In this document: one piece after another, positions 58,147 through 64,000 of the stretch
How the letters are laid out: each line of letters begins with the position of its first letter
Numbering within the stretch: the first letter of the stretch is position 1
Source of the DNA: a virus
Strand: one strand, 5' to 3'
Virus record (IMG/VR): IMGVR_UViG_3300020438_002794
Coordinates: 23,130 to 87,129 of that record
Length of the DNA: 64,000 nt
Program-made: the position numbers and the translations under genes
Notes under the pieces: model-generated
What the model was told of the DNA's origin: nothing
Databases searched by the model: none
The model's input: only the letters and a program-made list of their open reading frames with translations

Positions 58147-58440
58147 CATACCCTCTTTGTTAAAAGCATTGAGATTGTTCGCAGTAATGCGGGCCGTCGG
58201 AACTTGCTCGAGGGAAACAAACCAAAAGAGTGGGCTCTACTGTGCCATTGTAACCCACGGATAGCTCAAAAGTCGGCGTTATGGCTTAGAGTGTTTCTGC
58301 GTTTTAAGCAGTATGTAAAGGGGTATAGCAAAACCGCCTCTGCCTAGCAATAGGTTATACTATAACGATGCGAACTGTAGACGGGGTAATGACCGTTTCT
58401 TTTTTTTGCACTTGGCTGTAACAAGCTAAGTGCGACTGAA
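58147..58440 (+). ncRNA. Candidate structured non-coding RNA of unknown class
   Basis: About 45% GC by hand count over 58141-58440, above the AT-rich flanks; seven or more hairpins, two with GNRA tetraloops; G.U pairs fit the + strand. Confidence 0.55.
58379..58407 (+). terminator. Possible intrinsic terminator
   Basis: AGACGG-GGTAATGA-CCGTTT followed by C and T8. Confidence 0.5.
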
Positions 58441-58538
58441 AACAAGGTAATAACGTATCATATAAAATATGTTTAAAAAAAATTATCATACGAAATGAAA
58501 TGAGTATGACGATGAGCTTTAGCTCTTCGAAAGAATGT

Positions 58539-58796
58539 TTAAAATGTTCTACGATTAGTACCTTTTGCACTTTCTAAAGCTTCTTTCTGCTTTTCATTCT
58601 TGGTTTGCATAGCATCATTAATATCACTAATCAATCGCATAGGATATTGTTCTAAGTTAGAATAGTTAAATGCTCCTTCTGAGTAAAGCACAATATTCAA
58701 TAAAGCTAATCTGATTTCTTTAGATGCATTTTCGTAGCGTTTTACGAGGTCATTTATCTCATCGCTGGTTTTCCTTCGACGGAGGGTGTTGTGAAA
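58539..58796 (-). CDS. -1 frame extension of the gp26-like gene (gp51/GT-chaperone-like segment, 85 aa; missing from ORF track)
   Basis: FHNTLRRRKTSDEINDLVKRYENASKEIRLALLNIVLYSEGAFNYSNLEQYPMRLISDINDAMQTKNEKQKEALESAKGTNRRTF; frame opens two codons before the T9 run and has no start near its 5' end. Confidence 0.75.
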   Translation of the reverse strand, partial: FHNTLRRRKTSDEINDLVKRYENASKEIRLALLNIVLYSEGAFNYSNLEQYPMRLISDINDAMQTKNEKQKEALESAKGTNRRTF

Positions 58797-59620
58797 AAAA
58801 AACTTGGGTTAAACTCTACTAGTGAACTAAAGCCTTTTTGGCAGTCCTCTATACCACATGTAAATTTAAATTCTTTAGGTATTCCATTTGAGTTTAATTT
58901 AAATTGTTGCCCGCTTAATATTTCGATAGTTCTGCGATTAGAGTTGCTTAACCAATCTATAATATGTTGATTTTCGCTAACTATTTGTCCGTCTGGCATT
59001 GTAACTTTAACAATAGCATCTGCTACTAGTACTAGATTTGCCGCCGCAATTTGTTGTATGTTTTCGCTGTATCTACCTCTGAGGTCTTCGGTTATATCTT
59101 GTTTATCTGCTCTAATACCTTGTAGTATTCTTCCAGTTTCGCTGGTCACAATGTTATTTGCATTTACAGCTGAAAGTGTATTAGGTTTCATTTCAACTAC
59201 AAGACCATCTACTTCTATTTCTACTTGATCTGTTACTGATACAATTTGACCTAATACTTTTTGTAAATCGATATCAAACATTTGTGAATTTTCACAATGT
59301 GGACATGTGGCTTCTACTGGATAAGTTTTTTCATAACTGGTTGCCCTACTAGCAAGCATTACTACATCTACATCAGGTAAACTCATATCACTAGCATCTG
59401 TGATATCTGGGCAGATGCTTTCTATTAATTCGAAGATTGATTGCCCGTTGTATAGTGCATCAGGAATGTTAAGTAACAATTCATCTCTAACATTCATTGC
59501 TCTTACACCTATTTCACCGTCTTGTGACAGTTTAGGTGGAGATTTCATCCATCTGCCTTTAGTAGGAAGTTTAACGTAGATATCTTTGGTTCTATAATAC
59601 CCCTGAAGTGGATTTTCCAT
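58754..59620 (-). CDS. gp26: Baseplate hub assembly protein/chaperone gp26-like
   Basis: NPL..Y.R..YVKLP, AMNVRDELLL..PDAL, DVD..LASR.TSY, CPHC and C..C zinc ligands, terminal FNPSFF. Confidence 0.85.
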   Translation of the reverse strand: MENPLQGYYRTKDIYVKLPTKGRWMKSPPKLSQDGEIGVRAMNVRDELLLNIPDALYNGQSIFELIESICPDITDASDMSLPDVDVVMLASRATSYEKTYPVEATCPHCENSQMFDIDLQKVLGQIVSVTDQVEIEVDGLVVEMKPNTLSAVNANNIVTSETGRILQGIRADKQDITEDLRGRYSENIQQIAAANLVLVADAIVKVTMPDGQIVSENQHIIDWLSNSNRRTIEILSGQQFKLNSNGIPKEFKFTCGIEDCQKGFSSLVEFNPSFFFTTPSVEGKPAMR

Positions 59621-59630
59621 ATTTTTTACC

Positions 59631-59638
59631 TATAAATA
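59631..59638 (+). promoter_or_regulatory. T4-type late promoter for the tape-measure-like gene
   Basis: TATAAATA. Confidence 0.7.
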
Positions 59639-59654
59639 CAATATATGTTAAAGT

Positions 59655-59681
59655 TATTTATCATAGTTAAGTGAGTAGTTA
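59655..59681 (-). promoter_or_regulatory. Late promoter plus upstream conserved box for gp26
   Basis: TAACTACTCACTTAA-N4-GATAAATA. Confidence 0.6.
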
Positions 59682-61535
59682 ATGTCAATAATTACAATTA
59701 ATATGGGCGGTAAGCCAATGGTAGTAGATGTTCCAGACTTTGCAATGGAACAAACACAACAGGATATTCGTAATATTATGAGTGATTTGCAAGCTACTAT
59801 GTCGGGTGTTCAAACAGCTACTCAGCAAGGCACTGTTGGTGATCAACAAATAAAACAAGCTATTGCAAACTTACAAGCTAATGACAACAAATTAGATTCA
59901 AAAGAAGATCGAAGACAAAGCAAGTTTGCTGAAGGTGTAGGCAAAGCTAGTGCTTTAGGTATGATGCAAAGTGTAGCTAAACCCGGAATGTTGACTAGTT
60001 TTATGAAGTCGATCGGACTAGGCACAATGGGTGTTGCCTTAGGTATGGTTACAGGTCTTGCTAAAGAACTTAGCAGTACTTTCAGTTTTGCTGGAGACGT
60101 TGGTGTTAGTTTTGGCGGTGACATAATGAAGACCAGTGAACGTTTAGCAACAATAGGTTTACAGTTAGATCAATTCGGAGATGTAATAGCACAAAATACA
60201 GGAATGATGTTTGAGCTTGCAGGTAATGTTGAAGACGGCAGTCAACAGTTCATTGGTATAGTTGAAAATTTTAGAAAAGGATCTGAAGAGTTTGGTTATT
60301 TTGGATTAGCCAGCAGTGAAATGGCACAGTTTATGGCAGAAGAACTGGACATTAGAAGAAAAAGTATGAATGCAGAACAGCTACGTTTGTTTATCCAAAA
60401 TGATCTAAATGATGCAATGGTCAAAAACTTTAACGAGCAAACAAAAATGGCTCAAATTACAGGACAAAATGTTAGAGATAGAATTAGAGCTCAGATGGCG
60501 GCAAAAGAAGATGCTAGATTACAAGCCGCAATGATTGGAATGACACAAGACCAGCGTACAGCTATTGACGGAGTGTTTTCAAATCTCACTGAAAACTTAG
60601 GCAGTGCAGGTAAAGAAATTACGAATGCTATTATTCAAGAAGTTGCAGTTGAAGGAACTGGACTAGCAACTGCTGGTGGTAGAATGGCACAGCTAGATAC
60701 AAGTGGAAACCTAATGAGAATAATACAACAAGGTGCCTCTATGATTAGAAGTGGAGCAACTCAAGAAGAAGCCAATAATGCTATAGCTCAAGCGTTACAA
60801 GACTTTAAGCAGACTGCTGATTTAAGTACTTTCCAAATTCAAGCATTTGGGGGAAATGAAGATGCAATGAAACTAATGCAGATGGCACTTGGTATAAATG
60901 AAAAGACCAACACCATAGCTGATGCTCGTAATGAATTAATGAACGAAGAGAATCAAGAACGTAGAAAATACATAGACTTTATGAGAGGGCTAAATGCTGA
61001 TTTAGATGTACAACAAGCAACAGCCGCTAATTTGACTCTTAGATCTATTTTAAAACTAGGTGGAGCTGATGCACAAGATGTTGTAAAAGGCATGAGAGAT
61101 TTTACTAAAAACATGACTGGGGCTTTAAGCAGTGATTTTACAAAAGGTTTATTTGAAGGACTTGGTGCAATTATGAATCAACTTACAATAAGTCCACTAT
61201 TGAATGCTATAAATGGTGATGCAAATAAATCTGAGATGGCTTTCCTTATAGCAGAAATTATGAAAGCAACTGGTGTATTTCCTAGTTTAATGACCAGTGC
61301 AATGCAATTACCACAACAGGGTGTAGCGGCATTATACGGAGGTGAAACATTCTTAAAACAAGCCTTTGGCGACCAATATATGAAATCGAGACCAGATGGT
61401 GCAGGAGGGCGTGAACAATACTTTGATTATGATGCATTTGCTAAAGACCAAGGACAGATGCTTATTAATGGTTCTGAAAATTTCTTTCTTAGGATGGAAA
61501 GCATATTCAAAAGAGCAGTTGACAAAGAAACTTGA
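59682..61535 (+). CDS. Tape-measure-like protein (gp29-like position)
   Basis: 617 aa, A/G/M/Q-rich helical, no Cys or Trp; divergent from the chaperone gene and before the portal. Confidence 0.7.
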   Translation: MSIITINMGGKPMVVDVPDFAMEQTQQDIRNIMSDLQATMSGVQTATQQGTVGDQQIKQAIANLQANDNKLDSKEDRRQSKFAEGVGKASALGMMQSVAKPGMLTSFMKSIGLGTMGVALGMVTGLAKELSSTFSFAGDVGVSFGGDIMKTSERLATIGLQLDQFGDVIAQNTGMMFELAGNVEDGSQQFIGIVENFRKGSEEFGYFGLASSEMAQFMAEELDIRRKSMNAEQLRLFIQNDLNDAMVKNFNEQTKMAQITGQNVRDRIRAQMAAKEDARLQAAMIGMTQDQRTAIDGVFSNLTENLGSAGKEITNAIIQEVAVEGTGLATAGGRMAQLDTSGNLMRIIQQGASMIRSGATQEEANNAIAQALQDFKQTADLSTFQIQAFGGNEDAMKLMQMALGINEKTNTIADARNELMNEENQERRKYIDFMRGLNADLDVQQATAANLTLRSILKLGGADAQDVVKGMRDFTKNMTGALSSDFTKGLFEGLGAIMNQLTISPLLNAINGDANKSEMAFLIAEIMKATGVFPSLMTSAMQLPQQGVAALYGGETFLKQAFGDQYMKSRPDGAGGREQYFDYDAFAKDQGQMLINGSENFFLRMESIFKRAVDKET

Positions 61536-61544
61536 AGTTGATGG

Positions 61545-61572
61545 TTGACAAATCCTATAAATACGTTATAAT
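61545..61572 (+). promoter_or_regulatory. Sigma70 promoter with a nested late promoter, upstream of portal
   Basis: TTGACA-16 nt-TATAAT with TATAAATA at 61556-61563. Confidence 0.7.
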
Positions 61573-61593
61573 AAAACAAGAATCGAGTACTCA

Positions 61594-63273
61594 ATGAGTT
61601 GGAAAAAACATTTTACCGCATACGGAGCACAGGGCACAGATAGTATGAAGCCTAGTAGTGCTAGCCGTTTTCAAAGCTGGTTACCTGAAGTCTACAGTGG
61701 TCAACCCAATCGTGTTGAAAGATACACACAGTATGACCAAATGGACATGGACAGCGAAATCAATGCGGCCCTTGACATTATAAGTGAATTTAGTACACAA
61801 GTAGATGAAAACGGTAATGTTCCGTTTAAAATTGAATACAAAGAACAATCTACTGAAAGTGAAACAAAAATCCTTGAGCAAACATTACGACAATGGTGTG
61901 CATTGCAAAATTGGGATAAACGTATTTTCCGTATGTTTAGAAACACAATCAAATACGGGGATCAATTTTTTATCAGAGATCCAGAAACATGGGAACTATA
62001 TTATGTTAATCCTGCTGATGTGACCAAAGCAGTTGTTAATGAAGCAAAAGGTAAAAAGCCTGAGCAGTATATTGTTAAAAACATTGACGTAAACATGCAA
62101 GAAAAGACTGTGAGTAAACCTGTACAACATGCACAAACATATGGTACGGTTAACAGTATGATGCGTGGGCAAACAATGGATAGAAGTGCATATGGAGGAG
62201 CACCTGGAGATTATGGTGGTAACTTAGGCAACATACAAGAATATACTGTAGATGCTGAACATATAGTACACATGGGTATGACAGAAGGTATGGACGGTAA
62301 TTGGCCTTTTGGTAGCAGTATACTTGATCCTATTTTTAAAACATACAAGCAAAAAGAACTGCTTGAAGATTCAATTATTATATACAGAGTACAACGTGCT
62401 CCAGAACGTAGAGTTTTTTATGTTGATGTAGGTAATATGCCTCCTAACAAAGCTATGGGTTTTGTAGAGCGTGTTAAAAACGAAATTCATCAAAAACGTA
62501 TTCCTAACAAAACAGGTGGTGGCACAACTATTATGGATGCGGCTTACAATCCGTTGAGCATTATGGAAGACTACTTTTTTGCACAAACTGCTGAAGGCAG
62601 AGGCAGTAAAGTTGAAGTTCTTCCTGGCGGAGAAAACTTAGGTCAAATTGATGACCTACGTTATTTTACAAATAAAATGCTAAGAGCATTGCGTGTACCT
62701 AGCAGTTACTTACCAACAGGTCCAGATGATGGAACGGCTAGCTATGTAGACGGTAGAGTAGGCACAGCATTTATACAAGAATACAGATTTAATCAATACT
62801 GTATGAGATTACAAAATGCAGTTGCTCCTGTAATGGACAAAGAGTTTAAACTGTTTATGAAAAACAAAGGCATTAATATTGATGCTGGATTGTTTGATCT
62901 AAAATTTGTAGAACCACAGAGCTTTAGTCAATACAAAGAAATTGAAGTACATGCCGCAAGGGCAAATGTGTTTAGTGGACTCGAAGGAGTTCAGTATATG
63001 AGTAGACGTTTCTTAATGGAGAAATATCTAGGACTAACTGAAGACGAAATCCTTAAAAACGAGCGTATGTGGGAAGAAGAAAACACAAGTGGTACAACAC
63101 CAAACTCAGATAGTATACCTGGATTAGGTAATATTGGTGTAAGAGGATTTGACGTTCCAGATGGCGGAGCAGACTTGGATATTCCAGATGTAGACGGCAG
63201 TGAAGGAACAGAAGAAGGTGCAAGCCCAATTAGTGGTGCTGAAGCGGCACCTACGGGAGATGAAAATGCGTAG
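61594..63273 (+). CDS. gp20: Portal vertex protein
   Basis: EINAALDII, LLEDSIIIYRVQRAPERRVFYVDVGNMP, EDYFF..EGRGSKVEVLPGG, YFTNKM.RALRVP. Confidence 0.96.
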   Translation: MSWKKHFTAYGAQGTDSMKPSSASRFQSWLPEVYSGQPNRVERYTQYDQMDMDSEINAALDIISEFSTQVDENGNVPFKIEYKEQSTESETKILEQTLRQWCALQNWDKRIFRMFRNTIKYGDQFFIRDPETWELYYVNPADVTKAVVNEAKGKKPEQYIVKNIDVNMQEKTVSKPVQHAQTYGTVNSMMRGQTMDRSAYGGAPGDYGGNLGNIQEYTVDAEHIVHMGMTEGMDGNWPFGSSILDPIFKTYKQKELLEDSIIIYRVQRAPERRVFYVDVGNMPPNKAMGFVERVKNEIHQKRIPNKTGGGTTIMDAAYNPLSIMEDYFFAQTAEGRGSKVEVLPGGENLGQIDDLRYFTNKMLRALRVPSSYLPTGPDDGTASYVDGRVGTAFIQEYRFNQYCMRLQNAVAPVMDKEFKLFMKNKGINIDAGLFDLKFVEPQSFSQYKEIEVHAARANVFSGLEGVQYMSRRFLMEKYLGLTEDEILKNERMWEEENTSGTTPNSDSIPGLGNIGVRGFDVPDGGADLDIPDVDGSEGTEEGASPISGAEAAPTGDENA

Positions 63274-63469
63274 TACAGACATTTTAAATGAATATTATGA
63301 TGCAGAAAATGACAATTATAACAATAGAAAAGCAGATGATGTGCGTAAGCAAAGACTTACTTTAAAGCATATAAATCGTCTTAGAAAGCAAAGAGAAGTA
63401 CATAATATTGAACATGCTACTAGAGTTGAAAAGATCAAACAGATCTACGCAAAACCACCTGCACAATAA
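63266..63469 (+). CDS. Small basic head-assembly-region protein, 67 aa
   Basis: Start moved to ATG 63266 (GGAG RBS, overlaps portal stop); RLTLKHINRLRK. Confidence 0.75.
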   Translation: MRSTDILNEYYDAENDNYNNRKADDVRKQRLTLKHINRLRKQREVHNIEHATRVEKIKQIYAKPPAQ

Positions 63470-63509
63470 GTTTTACAACTAAGATTTACTTATCTCAGAG
63501 AGATATTCA

Positions 63510-63537
63510 TAAAATACCCATTTTTTAGGGTATTTTA
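63510..63537. terminator. Inverted repeat, terminator-like or RNA-processing hairpin
   Basis: TAAAATACCC-ATTTTTTA-GGGTATTTTA, perfect 10-bp arms. Confidence 0.55.
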
Positions 63538-63614
63538 GCAGTGAAACGTCTTGGTTTTGTAAATATAGATGTAAACCATCTTGGTAAGCCTGTAAATTTT
63601 TTAAGGAGAATGAT

Positions 63615-64000
63615 ATGAGCGAACATAAGGAATCTTTAGTAAAGGTCCTCGAGTATATCGTTAATGATGAGCAAGATAAAGCGGCTGATCTACTTCACAA
63701 CGTGTTTGTAGAAAAAGCTAAAAATCATTGGTCATCTCTACAAGAAACTGATGAAGTTGTAGAAGACGATATTAACGAAGAAGACCTAGACGAAACTATC
63801 GATCTGGACGAAGCTGACGATGATTCTGAGGACGACACTGAAGTAGAAGAAGCGATTGACGCCTCTGATGCTGAAGAAGATTTCTTAGACGACATTGAAA
63901 CAGCTGAAGAAGAGATTGACCAAGAAGAAATCATGGACGATGAGGACATGGACGAACCAGAAGCTGAAATGGATTTAGCTATGGACATGGAACCAGAAGC
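63615..64000 (+). CDS. Highly acidic prohead core/scaffold-like protein, N-terminal part (runs off window; missing from ORF track)
   Basis: AAGGAG RBS; MSEHKESLVKVLEYIVNDEQDKAADLLHNVFVEKAK followed by a D/E-rich tract; TGTAAATA late-like box at 63558-63565; position after portal. Confidence 0.8.
   Translation, partial: MSEHKESLVKVLEYIVNDEQDKAADLLHNVFVEKAKNHWSSLQETDEVVEDDINEEDLDETIDLDEADDDSEDDTEVEEAIDASDAEEDFLDDIETAEEEIDQEEIMDDEDMDEPEAEMDLAMDMEPE

Noticed and set aside
58147-58440. tRNA, tmRNA, RNase P or group I intron identity for the structured island
   Set aside because: No cloverleaf or T-loop/CCA end, no GAGGAAAGUCC, no recognisable P7 elements, and no interrupted host gene
58355-58570. 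71-aa minus-strand ORF in the track
   Set aside because: Overlaps the more protein-like -1 frame extension, has no RBS and runs through hairpins and homopolymers; likely spurious
63725-63988. Ser-rich 87-aa minus-strand ORF
   Set aside because: Antisense shadow of the GAA/GAC-rich acidic gene starting at 63615
1-64000. CRISPR array, DGR repeats, or alternative genetic code
   Set aside because: No regularly spaced direct repeats or reverse transcriptase seen by eye; genes are full length under the standard code with TAA, TAG and TGA all used as stops

Overview
A 64-kb, AT-rich, gene-dense segment of a large T4-superfamily (contractile-tailed) bacteriophage genome; it is not bacterial chromosome. 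Three blocks. (1) ~1-28 kb, minus strand: a tightly overlapping run of about 35 modification genes, including 8 radical SAM proteins (one a Gfo/Idh/MocA-DesII fusion), 5 glycosyltransferase-like proteins, a UDP-glucuronate decarboxylase, a carbamoyltransferase, 3 methyltransferases, 3 sulfotransferase-like proteins with an APS-kinase-like/nucleotidyltransferase pair, 3 SGNH-like proteins and a PLP enzyme. (2) ~28-52.6 kb, minus strand: tail and baseplate genes (3764-aa giant, gp6, gp25, gp5, hub with M15 peptidase, gp53-like). (3) 52.7-64 kb: late sigma factor gp55, gp47/gp46, a PMM-like HAD, a GIY-YIG nuclease, a ~390-nt structured non-coding island, a gp26-like chaperone with a likely -1 frameshift, a tape-measure-like gene, portal gp20 and prohead-core-like genes. 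Sigma70 (TTGACA/TATAAT) and T4-late (TATAAATA) promoters are readable. Best leads: the structured RNA candidate behind the GIY-YIG gene, the putative virion-glycosylation cluster with its DesII fusion, and the U9 frameshift. Protein calls come from motif recognition by eye, not database searches. No tRNA, rRNA or CRISPR array was seen.
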